Positions 21,720-34,117 of a stretch of DNA of 64,000 bases are shown here, one piece after another. How positions within the stretch are numbered: position 1 is the first letter of the stretch; every line of letters begins with the position of its first letter. Below the pieces are notes generated by a model. It did no database searches. It was not told where the DNA came from and saw only the letters and a list, made by a program, of their open reading frames with translations. Where the stretch lies: contig CAVTET010000007.1 in NCBI GenBank assembly GCA_963733675.1, positions 1-64,000 on the forward strand, in the 5' to 3' direction. A program made the position numbers and the translations under genes. This DNA comes from an uncultured Methanosarcinaceae archaeon (GTDB lineage: Archaea > Halobacteriota > Methanosarcinia > Methanosarcinales > Methanosarcinaceae).

Positions 21720-22559
21720 TTAAGTCCCATGCTCGTGAATGTGCTCCTCATCAAGGGCAGGGTGCAGATGATCATGCACAAGCATGCCGTGAATGTGCAT
21801 GTGCTCATGGATCAAATTTGCGGAAAGAAGAAGTTCCAGGTTCTCAATCACTTTTTCAGATCTATCGTCCACTATAATCCTATGGTCTTCGCCCATGACT
21901 ATGGATCTTTTGCTAATCTGCTCGACGGTTTCAAGGTCATGAGTTGCACTAATTATTGTCTTTCCTGCAATCCCAAGATCTTGTAACAGCTCTATAAGCC
22001 ATAGTTGGGTTCTCGGGTCCAATCCAGCAGTAGGCTCATCCAGCAAAAGGACATCTGGGTTGTTAGCTAGAACAGAGGCAATGCAGACTTTTTTCTTTTC
22101 CCCACCACTCAGAGTGTGAGGAGATCGATCCTTAAGCTTAGTGATTTCTATCATCTCCATGACTTCTAGCACTCTTATCCTGACATCTTCGGGATTCATA
22201 TCAAGCTGCAAGGGTCCAAATGCAATCTCATCAAAGACGGTGGGCGAGAAGAGCTGCACATCAGAGTTCTGAAAGACAAATCCTATTTTTTTCCGGAAAT
22301 AGGACCTGAATTTATTATCCTTTATAGTATCGAAAACCTCTTCGACTATCTTATTATCAAAGGCATAGAATTCTCCCAAAGTAGGATATATAAGCCCATC
22401 TAACATAGCCAACAAAGTAGATTTGCCACAACCATTTGCGCCAATTATAGAAATCTGCTCACCGGGCTCCACTTTGAAGTTAATATCATTTAAGGCATTT
22501 ATCTTTCCTACATATGAATATGACACATTCCTTACGTCAAAAATCGTTTCCATATCCAT
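21720..22559 (-). CDS. cbiO: ECF ATPase CbiO/NikO with His-rich tail
   Basis: GANGCGKS, LSGGE, LLDEP; C-terminal HEHMHIH...HDHLH...HIHEH. Confidence 0.92.
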   Translation of the reverse strand: MDMETIFDVRNVSYSYVGKINALNDINFKVEPGEQISIIGANGCGKSTLLAMLDGLIYPTLGEFYAFDNKIVEEVFDTIKDNKFRSYFRKKIGFVFQNSDVQLFSPTVFDEIAFGPLQLDMNPEDVRIRVLEVMEMIEITKLKDRSPHTLSGGEKKKVCIASVLANNPDVLLLDEPTAGLDPRTQLWLIELLQDLGIAGKTIISATHDLETVEQISKRSIVMGEDHRIIVDDRSEKVIENLELLLSANLIHEHMHIHGMLVHDHLHPALDEEHIHEHGT

Positions 22560-22560
22560 A

Positions 22561-23496
22561 TCACCTAATGGTGTTCTGGGAAATCAACACCAAGGCTATG
22601 CTCAGAGATATTACCATTGTCCCTGAAATATAATCTCGGATATGCATTTTAAACTCCTGCATTGTTTTAACATCTCCATTGTAGCCCTTGGACTTCATGG
22701 CTTTATAAACCTCTTCACTCATTCCCAGAGATCTTATTAATGCATATCCTATTCGCCCCCCTACCCATTTTTGCTCCTCAAACATGCTTCTAGATTTAAT
22801 TGTCCTAGCTTTCTTTGCAATGTACATATCGCGAACCAGATTCGTTAAAACGAAAATATACCTGTAGGTCATACCCAACGTGAAAACATAGATTTTTGGA
22901 ACGCCAATACTGCGAAAGGACTTAAAGAGCATTTGCTGAGGTGTAGTAAGAAAAAGTAGAACTGTAGAAGAAACACATGTTGCAACACGCATTGTAAATA
23001 TTATGGCGGCATTAACGCCCTGGCTGGTAATATAGATACTTTCAGGTAGTGAAAATGGCCCCAGATGGGATCCAGGGCCAAGGTATGCTAACCTAATTAG
23101 AGGATCACCTGGTAAGAAGATATTGAAGATCATGGGTATAGCGATGATGCCTGAAAAGATGGGAATAAAAAGCCAGACTCGCTTGATGAAAAACATGACA
23201 TCTATTTTACTGAGATACGAAAATAACAGTGTAAGTGCATAAACAAAGATCAGTAATCTCAGATCTCTGATCAAACTCGTCGCGACTATCACGGTCAGAA
23301 TGGAAACCAGCTTGATCCTGGGATCCAAGCTCTGAAGCAGGCCTTTACGCCTTGAATAGGCTTCTGAAAAAAATGTATTTTCCATGAACCCGATTATTTC
23401 TTCAATCGTTCTACCTATGAAGCTCTTCTTACCATGATATACAGCAGAGCACCTGCAAGGTCCTACATTCACTTCTTTCATCCAGTCCGGGATCAT
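22561..23496 (-). CDS. cbiQ: ECF T component CbiQ/NikQ
   Basis: LDPRIKL, MTYRYIF, KKART and AMKSKGY motifs. Confidence 0.9.
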   Translation of the reverse strand: MIPDWMKEVNVGPCRCSAVYHGKKSFIGRTIEEIIGFMENTFFSEAYSRRKGLLQSLDPRIKLVSILTVIVATSLIRDLRLLIFVYALTLLFSYLSKIDVMFFIKRVWLFIPIFSGIIAIPMIFNIFLPGDPLIRLAYLGPGSHLGPFSLPESIYITSQGVNAAIIFTMRVATCVSSTVLLFLTTPQQMLFKSFRSIGVPKIYVFTLGMTYRYIFVLTNLVRDMYIAKKARTIKSRSMFEEQKWVGGRIGYALIRSLGMSEEVYKAMKSKGYNGDVKTMQEFKMHIRDYISGTMVISLSIALVLISQNTIR

Positions 23497-23536
23497 TTTG
23501 CCTCTAGTAAAAATAAATGAAGTACTATTATTTTGT

Positions 23537-23761
23537 TTAATCGTTGCAGCCTCTCTTGTTCATGATAACTGTATAGAGAGCAGGAAAGCTGGAGTCTGAG
23601 AGTAGCGCCTTCCAGAGATTTAAAAGCTTTTCCAGTCTCTCTGAAACAAAGCCTATTTTATCATTAAGCTCCTATTGTGCAAATTTTTCATCTGTAGTGC
23701 CTGCTGCAAATGCAGGCACCAGAGCAAGTAACTGAAGCCTTTCAAACTAGAGAGTCCCCAT
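23537..23761 (-). pseudogene. Decayed PDGLE/NikN-like gene
   Basis: IGFVSERLEKLLNLWKALLSDSSFP resembles 6894-7217; two in-frame TAG stops. Confidence 0.65.
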
Positions 23762-24144
23762 TTCCCTTTTTGCATAAGTCCAAATTGAGATTATGATTAT
23801 CCAGAATACAATAGATATATGTGGCCCTAAAAACTGAAATCTTTATTTTGATTGAATAATTTTTCATTATATGGAGAATGCTTCTTATGTAAAGAATCAG
23901 AACACTTTCAAAACAAGCTTTTTGAGAGTGGTTTTCACAGATGATTCAGCTTCTTCAAACATCTAATAATGTTCTTGTGAATTATTCTTGAAGAATATGG
24001 GAATTGTGCACTTGAGAAATGAAATGAAATACAACCGAAGCTGTTGTCTAAACATCTATTTTAGACAGTTGAAGATTAAATGATATTGATTTTTCAGTTC
24101 AACTGCATAAGTTCTAGAATACTTTTATAATACCAGATTGTTAA

Positions 24145-24172
24145 GTATTACATATGCATCATTTTATATTAC
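24145..24172. promoter_or_regulatory. Candidate NikR operator upstream of nikQO
   Basis: GTATTA-N16-TATTAC. Confidence 0.65.
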
Positions 24173-25112
24173 TTTGTTGGATAAATTTTAATTTTATTGA
24201 TAAGTATTCCATCTTACAGAGGTCCTAGAAATGCTTTGTATTTGGAATCGGAATGTAAATTATAACGACAAGTAAGTCCATAAAATAGAATGCAAAGCTT
24301 TTACAGATATTGGATTAAAAAATTCTCAAAGATAGAGTAGTAATATAAGATTAAAAAAGTAGCCGAGAATACAGATCTTGGGCAATTGAAATTGATGTTA
24401 TAGTTAAGCTCCTTGATTTCTTGGTATTATCTGTGAGTTTTCCACATAAATATGATACAATTCATGCATGTTACAACAGAATTACTCAATAGGTAGGCAG
24501 TATTGCAAATTTGATGTGAACTCGAAGTTAGATTTTGTTTATTGTGTGTAATTAGGTTTTCTGATATGGAACTTTTTTATTCAAGAACTTATTGAGAGTT
24601 GTGCTTTTACAGCAAATGAGACAATTTGATGTAATTTCTTCTTGTTTGTCCCGGTTTAGAGCTAGACATATGTCTATGTATTTCAGAACAGATTCTCCGG
24701 TTAAGTTTGTTGATTCTATAAAATATCCTAAAACATTAGCAGTTTTCAGAATAAATGAGGTGAAAGATTTCATTGAGTTAACCCTCTGCAGATGTGCACA
24801 AGAACACCATATATTTTTTAGATATGCCAGTAGCTTAAAAATTAATCTAACTTTTAATGAATAATAGTAACCAACTAGGCGAACAAATTATACATCATAT
24901 ACATCTTCAGAGTATAGAAGAGGGGAAATTAATCTCATTTAGCAGGCAACTTTTCAAAAAAAATAAGAAATATCTGTCAATTAGTATTACTCTATATTAC
25001 TTATTTTGCAAAAAGTATTTAACAAATAGCAATTATAATTTTATATATAGCCAAATGAAATTGAAGTCCTATAAAATTAAGGTTCTAATATTTTGGCTGA
25101 AAAATATAACAG

Positions 25113-25334
25113 ATGGTGACAGATGTGGAAGAAAAGGAAACGCACATACACGTACATAAGCCCGATGACCAGAAACTTGAGGAAGCACAAGTACACATAC
25201 ACTCACATGTGCACGAATATAAACATGAACATGAGCATGAACACGACGAAGAGACTCACATACAAGAGCATCCACATAAAATCGAACATGAACACGAGCA
25301 CGAGCATGGACACGAGCATGGGCATCAAAAATAA
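25113..25334 (+). CDS. His-rich small metal-binding protein
   Basis: 21 His in 73 aa with HxHxH/HEHEH repeats. Confidence 0.75.
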   Translation: MVTDVEEKETHIHVHKPDDQKLEEAQVHIHSHVHEYKHEHEHEHDEETHIQEHPHKIEHEHEHEHGHEHGHQK

Positions 25335-25930
25335 GGATAGATCATGACAGCAGTCTAGCTAGCCATGAATAATTGATGGACTGGCCAAAAACTTATTTTT
25401 ATAGGGATGCCCAGAGGACAGGAGAAAAACTTATAAGCAATCGAGAAAGGTTCATTTCATCTACGATCTAGACAGATATGATTTTCTTGATCTAGCTCAT
25501 TTGTATTTATTCTCTTATTGGGCATGGTTTTTTTAAATAATGCGTAATCAGATTCATTGATCATCTGTTGAAGAATTTTCAAGGAATTTTTCTTGTTATA
25601 TGTTAGCTATTTTTGCTCGAAAATACTGTCCAAACTTCTAACATTAAAACTTAAATCAACACTCTATTCCAGTCTCACATTACTGAATATCTTGAAGAAC
25701 TGTTGTGAAATAGGTGCAATTTACCATAATTCTCAAACCAAAAATGTATGAGTTGCGACTCAGTTTCAAAATGGTGGTCCAACAATAACAAGTTGATGTT
25801 TTTTTCAGAGCATTTACATATCCTCACACCCCGTCCCATAATAAATGCAGATGAAAAGGGGATATTCAAAAAAAATGTCAGTAGGCTAGTGGAGCACAAC
25901 TTGTTGCATTAAATAAGGAAGCTGGGAGAT

Positions 25931-28275
25931 ATGCAGACTACAAAGAAAGGAAATAATACTGATAGTTCCAAAATTCAAGTAACTGAGCCATCATCTAGCA
26001 ACAAAAAACATAATTATGGGAGAAAAATATTAAAAAATTCCCATAAATTTTATGAAGAAAGTGGGCATAAACCTGCTGAAAATATGCTGCATCATGATCA
26101 TTCGGAAGATCAAGAACAACATGCTGGCGAGAAATCAGGTCATGATCATCATGAAGAGGGAGAACATCGGAATCATGAACAGCAACCTTATCCCCAATTT
26201 GGAGAGATGAAGCATAAACAACATAAGGAAAGTAAACATGTAGCTCATGAGCAACACAAAGAAATAAAGCATCAAGGCCATGAAGGCCATGAGCCATCGA
26301 GAGGGAGAGACCATAGAGATCACCATGCGCATATGCTTGCAGATTTCAAAAAAAGGTTTACTGTTTCTTTTATATTTACTTTTCCGGTTTTACTCCTCTC
26401 TCCTACGATCCAGAGTTTTTTCGGCTTTGAGCTCCGTTTTCCTGGTGCGGATTTCCTCACGTTTCTGCTTTCTTCAGTTGTTTATTTCTACGGCGGTTAT
26501 CCGTTTCTCAAGGGGATAAAAGAGGAGCTTTCTGAGAAATCTCCGGGAATGATGACTTTGATAGCAGTTGCTATCAGTGTAGCTTATTTTTACAGCTCTG
26601 CTGTGATTTTCGGACTTCCTGGAGGTGTGTTTTTTATGGAACTGGTGACTTTGGTCGATGTAATGCTGTTCGGGCACTGGTTAAGATGCGTTCTATAATA
26701 GGGGCTTCAAGAGCCCTTGAAGAACTGGTAAAAATCATGCCATCGGTTTCTCATCTGAAAGACAACGGCGAAATCGTTGACGTGAGAGTTGACCAGCTAA
26801 AAATTGGGGATAAGGTTCTGGTCAAGCCCGGTGAAAAAGTGCCTGTGGATGGAACTATTGTAGAAGGAAAAAGCAGTGTCAATGAATCAATGCTTACGGG
26901 AGAGTCTAAACCTGTCACGAAAAAGCTGGGAAGTGAGGTTATTGGCGGTTCCATTAATGGGGAAGCGTCTTTTGTTGTGAAGGTGGAAAAAACTGGAAAG
27001 GATACCTATCTGAGCCGGGTTGTCGAGCTCGTCAGAGCTGCTCAGGAAAGCAAATCAAAAACTCAGGACCTCGCAAACAGGGCAGCTATGTATCTTACAA
27101 TCATAGCCCTGACTGTGGGAACTCTCACTTTTCTTCTTTGGATTTTCTTTGGCAAGGAACTTGTTTTTGCCCTTGAAAGGGCAGTTACTGTAATGGTTAT
27201 CACCTGTCCTCATGCCCTTGGGCTTGCAATCCCTCTGGTGGTTGCAGTTTCAACTTCCATTGCCGCAAAATCCGGGCTTCTGATCCGGGATCGGCAGGCA
27301 TTTGAAAGTGCACGTAATCTTCAAGCTCTCATTTTTGACAAAACAGGTACGCTCACAGAAGGAAAATTTGGGGTCACGGATATAATTTCATTTTCACCAG
27401 AGAACAATGAAAACAGGCAGGAAAAAGAAAGAATTCTGAGCCTGGCAGCTTCCCTTGAGGCCAATTCGGAACATCATATCGCAGCAGGTATTTTGGAAAG
27501 CGCCAAAGAAAGAGGATTGAAGATTCAATTAGTAGAAGGATTTAGTTCACTACCTGGAAAGGGTTTAGAAGGATTGGTGAATGGAAAGAAATTTCTTGTT
27601 GTGAGTCCAGGTTACCTTGAAGAAAAGAGAATTGTCCTGAAAGAAGAAAAAATTGAAGAAATCAAAGAACAGGGAAAAACAGTTGTTTACCTCCTTGAAG
27701 GAGAAAAGGTACTTGGAGCCCTTGGACTTGCCGATATTATCCGGAAAGAATCCAGAGAAGCAATCTCAAAACTCAAAGGTATGGGAATAAAATGTTTTAT
27801 GCTTACAGGGAACAACCGCTACGTTGCAGCCTGGGTAGCCAGAGAACTAGAACTCGACAATTACTTCGCAGAAGTTCTTCCTCATGAAAAGGTAGAAACG
27901 GTGAAAGAGATTCAAAAGCAGTATATTACCGGTATGGTAGGGGACGGAGTTAATGATGCGCCTGCACTAGCTCAGGCTGATATAGGGATTGCTATCGGAG
28001 CCGGTACAGATGTTGCAATCGAAACCGCAGATATAGTACTGGTTAAAAACGATCCAAGGGATGTTCTAAATATTATCGAGCTTTCCAGAAAGACCTATTC
28101 TAAAATGTATCAAAACCTTCTATGGGCAACTGGATATAATGTTTTTGCAATTCCTCTGGCTGCAGGGATACTCTATGGATCCGGGATTTTACTAAGCCCT
28201 GCTATGGGTGCAGCTCTTATGAGTCTGAGTACCGTAATCATAGCTATAAATGCAAGAACCTTAAAGATGGGGTGA
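25931..28275 (+). pseudogene. copB: Cu-transporting P1B-3 ATPase CopB, frameshifted near 26683
   Basis: His-rich N-terminus, TGES, CPH, DKTGT, GDGVNDAP, YN/MSLS; GHWLEMRS split over two frames; TGNN instead of TGDN. Confidence 0.88.
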
Positions 28276-28854
28276 TTTGATAATGGGAGAAATCTGCAGC
28301 TTGAATAAAATATTGGTTTTACTTGTATTGGCTTATGCAGGAATTTTGCTTTGTAGAAATATTCTCTAAACCAATATCATCAGATTAAATTTGAATCTAG
28401 AAACTTGACATTGCAAATTCGACTAAAAACATTTAATATATTATAATTTTTCCGATCTGCTGTAGTTCCTAATAACTAATTATGTTACTGATACTAAATA
28501 GTTCAGGGGAGGACACAGCAAGCAAGCTGTTTGTAGCTATATTGGATATGGAGCCATTTTTAGTGTCATATTAAGCGACTACATAATCTTCAATAAATGT
28601 TATAGTCACACCGTAACCTGTAAAAAAATAGAGTTCGAAACTAAAGAGGTCCAGCACTACTATTGTATAGTATAATGTGCGGATTTCTAAAGAGACAATA
28701 ATAAAATTAAGAGATTCTCTCCACCTTTCGGAAGATATGCTTGAATTTTCTACGCAAAAAATTTAATTGGAGAAATCAAGAGAAACTTCACCCATTTATC
28801 AAGTTTGACTTTCTTTGATAGTGGAGTACTAATTTACATCCTTACACTAAATAG

Positions 28855-29277
28855 TCACACTTTTTCGTTTGATGGTACAGTTGTGAGTTTTGAGAATTTT
28901 ACACCTTTTAGGGCCATTATAGATTCGTCAACCTCTTTAATTCTTTCACCATCTCCATCCAAAACAATTACTTCAAAACAGTTTTCATTATCGATGTGTA
29001 TATGCACGGATGACTTTATCAGGTGAGAGTATTGATGCTGGATATCTGCAAGGGCGTTTGAAAGACCTCTTTTATTGTGGTCATAAACAACGGCAATGGT
29101 TCCGATACGATGACCTTTAATACCACCCATCCACTCGTGATAGGAGATATAACTCCTAATGGCATCTCTTATGCCTTCTGAACGTGAAGAATAGCCTCTT
29201 TTTTTGGTAATCTCATCAAATTTACTCAAAAGGTTGTCAGGAAGGGAAACCCCTATCCTCATAAGTTCTGTTTCCAT
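28855..29277 (-). CDS. nikR: Nickel-responsive regulator NikR
   Basis: [25 protein letters not shown], Ni ligands H..SSVHIH....C. Confidence 0.95.
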   Translation of the reverse strand: METELMRIGVSLPDNLLSKFDEITKKRGYSSRSEGIRDAIRSYISYHEWMGGIKGHRIGTIAVVYDHNKRGLSNALADIQHQYSHLIKSSVHIHIDNENCFEVIVLDGDGERIKEVDESIMALKGVKFSKLTTVPSNEKV

Positions 29278-30418
29278 CGTATCACCAAATAATCTGAATT
29301 TATCCATATGATAATACTTTATTATAACATAAGTATTACTATATATGCTTTATCTTTATAATAACCACATAAGATAATTAGTTATGATCCCACATTAGAA
29401 ATCAGTACTTCATAAACTCAGAAAGATGCTTTGAATCTGTTAAAGCTTCGAAAACTTCAATATTTAGCAATTGTTTATAGTTCAAAACATCTTCAATACC
29501 GTCTCTAAGTTTTTTTTTGTTTCGTCTTCGATGTGGCAAGGATAGAACTTCTTCGATATATGAAAATTCAAGCAATCGTTCCACTGTAAATTTATCATCA
29601 AAATGTTAGTTGTGTAGTGATTGACGACCAACACATTCAGAATCAATCAGGATTCTAAAGTCTATGATAGTGTTTTTCTAGGTGCTGATTTATGTTACTG
29701 GGTATTATAAATAACAAGTTTGATAATATTTAATGACATAATATTAATGAAAAGTGTTAAATACGATCTCATTATACATTCATGTATCATCCAAAAGACT
29801 CAAAAATACCAACGTCTCCGAAATCTACGACCTAAACTTCAATACTAGTAATTCCACACCTGCAATTGCGGACAGGTGGGGAATTTCTGGTGCGGCTTCA
29901 TTTCCATATAATTTCACAAAAATGCGATCTATTTTTTCACTGAAACAGCAACTTACAAAATCATATAACCTTTAATGCACAATAAATAGTTGACAAATAG
30001 GCAACTAAATTCTATACCCATGTACATCTATAGAATTTTGGTTTGAGTGATGTTTTTCCAAATATGATTTTCTTATATATCGGTTGATATCCTTCCTCTG
30101 CTTTTTCTTCTGATAACCTGTGCATACCTTAAGTTATCAAAAGAAGTAAGTTTTGGATTTTTGGGTCTCAAAACGTATAATTTATAAAAAAATAAAAGCA
30201 TATTTCAGTTTAAAATCTAATAATGCGTTTTGATTTTTGGCTACGTGCCTTTAAGCTCACTCATTGCATTATATATAGAAACACACTACTAGTGACCGAT
30301 TACATGCCCCGTAAATGCAAGACAGAAATAAATTCATGAAGACGATTAAAAAAGCGCTATCAACTTTGATTTATTTTTTGTATCCAAATTTTTATCGTAT
30401 TTTTTACGATTGATTGTA

Positions 30419-30719
30419 TCAAGAACTAATCTGATACTCGCAATATCTGAACTTTCTGCTGTAAGTGTAAAGCATCCTCCAAAAATGTTGAAACACTACT
30501 CTAAACTGGTTCGTTAGCCCATATTTGGTTTTGTATTCAACAGGAATCAGTTTTTTGGCAATTGGCTGCCCATAATGGACATTCTCCTTTATCAATTTCA
30601 CTTTCTGAAGGAATGCATTTAGGATTAATTCTTTCTGTTTTTGAGTCTGATGCCGTTTTCATGAAATTCTAATATGCACCTACAGCCACTGGGACAAGAA
30701 TTACCCTTACATGTTTCAT
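30419..30719 (-). pseudogene. Decayed RelE-like toxin-type gene
   Basis: Fragments HYGQPIAKKLIPVEYKTKYGLTN.FRV...WRMLYT with stops and frameshifts. Confidence 0.4.
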
Positions 30720-31077
30720 AGTTCAAGTCCTTGAATCACTGCCTTTCTTAAATTTTCATTTCTGCTGTGAATCCAAGTTATTCCCTTAAGCCCCACAACA
30801 ATTTTATTTCCTTGCTCCAGATAATTCAGAATAACCATCAGAGTATTGTGATTTACTTGTCTTGGCAGCATTTTTTAGTTCAGCAATTGTTACAACACTA
30901 TCCAGGCTAGTTTTTAGGGTATCTTCGACCATAAGTTTCGACGTAAGGTTTTTTAGATAGCCATGATCTATCAATTTTCTTGATGGCAACGAAGGTAAAA
31001 CGTTGCTGTTACGACGTGAATCTCTTAGATCGATTTTAAATTCAGTACCAAAACTACTCTCCATGAGGTTAAGAAAT

Positions 31078-31104
31078 GCATAGATTTCACTATAAAATCT
31101 ATGT
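31078..31104. other. 27-bp palindromic 11-5-11 site
   Basis: GCATAGATTTC-ACTAT-AAAATCTATGT. Confidence 0.55.
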
Positions 31105-31311
31105 ACAAAATAAAATTAAATTAATAACTATTTTTTTGAAAAAAGGGAATCCATTCACTAATATTAATGATTACCAATATATGATAGATCAAAGTAGATA
31201 TCTTTTAATATATATATAAATAGTCAAACTAAACTTCAAAAAAATAGATGTGTGGGGCGAAAGTCTCTATGCACCATTCTTAGGGGATAAAAGAGGAGTA
31301 CTTTTCTTAAC

Positions 31312-33129
31312 TTAACCGACAGTATCAAGGGACTCGGTTAAAAATTGCGAGGGCTTATTATAAAGTTTATGATACTCACACTTTAACTCAAGCAATTCCT
31401 CATGCTTTCCACTCTCAACAATCTCCCCGTTTTTTAACACATAAATAACATCCGCATTTTTTACAGTCGATAAACGGTGTGCGATGATTATTACTGTCAT
31501 ATCTTTTGAAATTCGATCAATTGCTTCCATCACACGCTGTTCAGCCCTGTTATCAAGTGAACTTGTTGCTTCATCTAAGAGCAGAATTTCAGGTTTTCGC
31601 AAAATTATCCGTGCAATTGCAATACGTTGCCTTTGTCCGCCAGAAAGTTTAATCCCTTGGTCGCCAACAATTGTATTATAACCCTCAGAGGTCGATTTAA
31701 TAAATTCATGAGCATCGGCAAGTTTTGCAGCTTCAATAATTTCATCATCAGTACAGTTCAGCCCGAATCTAATATTTTCTTTGATGGAATCATGATAAAT
31801 AAATGTCTCCTGCCCAAGATACCCTAGCCTCCTCAAATAATCTGAATACCGAAATTCATTAAGATTTATATCATCAACGAGGATTTCTCCAGATGTTGGC
31901 TGATACAAAAATGCTAATAAATTGGCAATTGTAGTTTTTCCAGCGCCAGAATTACCAACAATTGCAGTTTTTGTGGTTTTTTTGATTTTAAATGACAAAT
32001 TGTTGATAGTACATTTTTGAGTGTAATTATATCTGAAAAAAACATTTTTGAAGGTAATCGAATTTTGAAATAGAAAACTTCTCTTCAAAACATCATTCCT
32101 ATGGACACTTAAATCGTTTTTTTCCTGTAGAAAATTATACACTATTTCAATTGCAGGAAGCTGCTGTACTATTGAACCATATTGTGCCTGGCAACCGTTT
32201 AGGGCAGGTAATGTCCTATAAAGAGCAAGCAAAAGTGTTCCAAATATACCTATATACGGTAAAATACGACCATTAGTTGAATAATAAAGTCCTGCAGCAC
32301 CAAGTGATATAATCATAAAGATCAGAAGATTATTTACTGCAGCTGAAAGCCGTTGAAGAAATATAGATACTGTATAATTTCTTTTAAGTTTATCTACTGC
32401 ATTATTATAATTAATATTCCAGAAATCAATTGAATCGGTAATAAATATTGTTTTAATTCCTGAAATGAACTCATTATATAACACGGATTTTGCTCGTCCT
32501 AAGTTGTTCAAAATCAATGAATGTTTATAAATTTTCGAAAAAATCGTTTTTTTCACGAAAAAAGTATAAATGGCTCCAAAAATCAACAGAATAGCACTTA
32601 TCTTAAAAGATATAAGAAAAATAAAAGAAATGTAGAACAGACATAGCAGTATGTTCTGAAGAAACCCTATAATATTGAAAACAGCGAGTCCTGTTTGATC
32701 CACTGCTTGTTGTCCAATATATAGAATATCGCCTTGCTTATTTCTGGCGAAATATTCATAAGGTTGATTTTTCAGGATCTCAAAAACCGAACGATCAGTT
32801 GTGTCTCTTACAGTAGCAAATGTTTTGCTACCAAGATAAGCTACTCCCACCTCCACTCCTGCGCTAATTATACTCACAATAGCAAGCATGAAAGCCGATG
32901 CGAGAAATAAATTGAGATTTCCAAAGTTAAATAACTGATAAATCTTCTCAATAAAATTAGAATTTTGATGTACATTGAGTCCATAGTTTATGATAGGATA
33001 GATCAGAAATACTCTAAAAACATCCAAAAAGCTGAAAACAATAAGACTTATGAGGTAGATGATTAACAGTTTTCTATGTGGTCTGAAAAGGAAATAAAGT
33101 GTTTGAAGCGAATTTGTCATATTAATCAT
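31312..33129 (-). CDS. ABC exporter, fused permease/ATPase (MsbA-like)
   Basis: N-terminal TM domain, GNSGAGKT, LSGGQRQR, LLDEATS, IAHRL. Confidence 0.92.
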   Translation of the reverse strand: MINMTNSLQTLYFLFRPHRKLLIIYLISLIVFSFLDVFRVFLIYPIINYGLNVHQNSNFIEKIYQLFNFGNLNLFLASAFMLAIVSIISAGVEVGVAYLGSKTFATVRDTTDRSVFEILKNQPYEYFARNKQGDILYIGQQAVDQTGLAVFNIIGFLQNILLCLFYISFIFLISFKISAILLIFGAIYTFFVKKTIFSKIYKHSLILNNLGRAKSVLYNEFISGIKTIFITDSIDFWNINYNNAVDKLKRNYTVSIFLQRLSAAVNNLLIFMIISLGAAGLYYSTNGRILPYIGIFGTLLLALYRTLPALNGCQAQYGSIVQQLPAIEIVYNFLQEKNDLSVHRNDVLKRSFLFQNSITFKNVFFRYNYTQKCTINNLSFKIKKTTKTAIVGNSGAGKTTIANLLAFLYQPTSGEILVDDINLNEFRYSDYLRRLGYLGQETFIYHDSIKENIRFGLNCTDDEIIEAAKLADAHEFIKSTSEGYNTIVGDQGIKLSGGQRQRIAIARIILRKPEILLLDEATSSLDNRAEQRVMEAIDRISKDMTVIIIAHRLSTVKNADVIYVLKNGEIVESGKHEELLELKCEYHKLYNKPSQFLTESLDTVG

Positions 33130-33871
33130 AGAAATGAATTCATATAAAATGATTCCACTAAATTTAAGTCGAAGTCACCAAATATTACCTTGTTTTTACG
33201 TTCAGCAAAAAATGCATTTTGCAATAACAACTCTCCTAAACAATGACTAAGTTTATTTTTATACAGCATGCTTAAGCATATGTCCTCTTGATTCTTATAA
33301 CCCCGAAAAATTGAAAAGGCTAAATTCGGACTAGGTTCCAAAACGAACATGAAATTCTTCTAGTGAGAGAAATATTCGAAGCCGTCTTAAAATTTAATTC
33401 AATTTTAATCATATTTTACAGAACTTTCAGTCCACTGCAATACGTGGTAGTGTCGCTAATTTGCTGTAAACTGGAAGCAAAATTTTTATATACTGTGTGC
33501 AATTTTATTCCTTCGATAAGGAATTTTTTACATAATAACTATTGAAAAATAGGATTGAATAGACTCATTTCATTTGCTTACGTAGAGTCCTTAAATATTA
33601 ATATATATATCCAACAATATAATTTTCCATGTCTTTACAAATTTATTGGCTAGATTTCTGTTACGAAAAATTAATTCGAGCATCTATATATATATATGAA
33701 TATAATACCGTATTGTAACACATTTGTGACTAAACATATCGATAGCTTAATACAAAAATAATAATAAGTATACTTGTTAGAATAAATTTCTTCGATCATT
33801 TATTAAAGAAAATATATCTGAATTTTTTAGAAGAAACTATAGGCAAAACATATCAAAAGGGGAGAAAATAC

Positions 33872-34117
33872 ATGATAAGTAAACATAAGTTGTATAAAAT
33901 AACCTTAGTTTCAATGGTTATGGTTTTAATGTTGGTAAGTACCGCAAGTGCAATGAAATCTGGAAATGTAATATTGACAACAGATAATGCAACTCAATCA
34001 GTGGATTTCTTAAAATTCCCAACCTGTGGATGTGGATTTCCAACCGATGAATGTTTCTGTGACCATAGTGACAGAACCGGTGAGGGTTCCTATGGACATA
34101 GTAACGGAAACTGTTGA
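33872..34117 (+). CDS. Small secreted Cys-rich protein (possibly truncated by TGA)
   Basis: GGGGAG RBS, signal peptide, CGCGFPTDECFCDH core. Confidence 0.65.
   Translation: MISKHKLYKITLVSMVMVLMLVSTASAMKSGNVILTTDNATQSVDFLKFPTCGCGFPTDECFCDHSDRTGEGSYGHSNGNC

Noticed and set aside
23537-23761. Pyrrolysine read-through of in-frame TAG codons
   Set aside because: The gene is otherwise degenerate and its paralog has TAA stops.
29311-29339. NikR autoregulatory site
   Set aside because: ATAATA-N17-TATTAC has off-consensus spacing in very AT-rich DNA; too weak to call.
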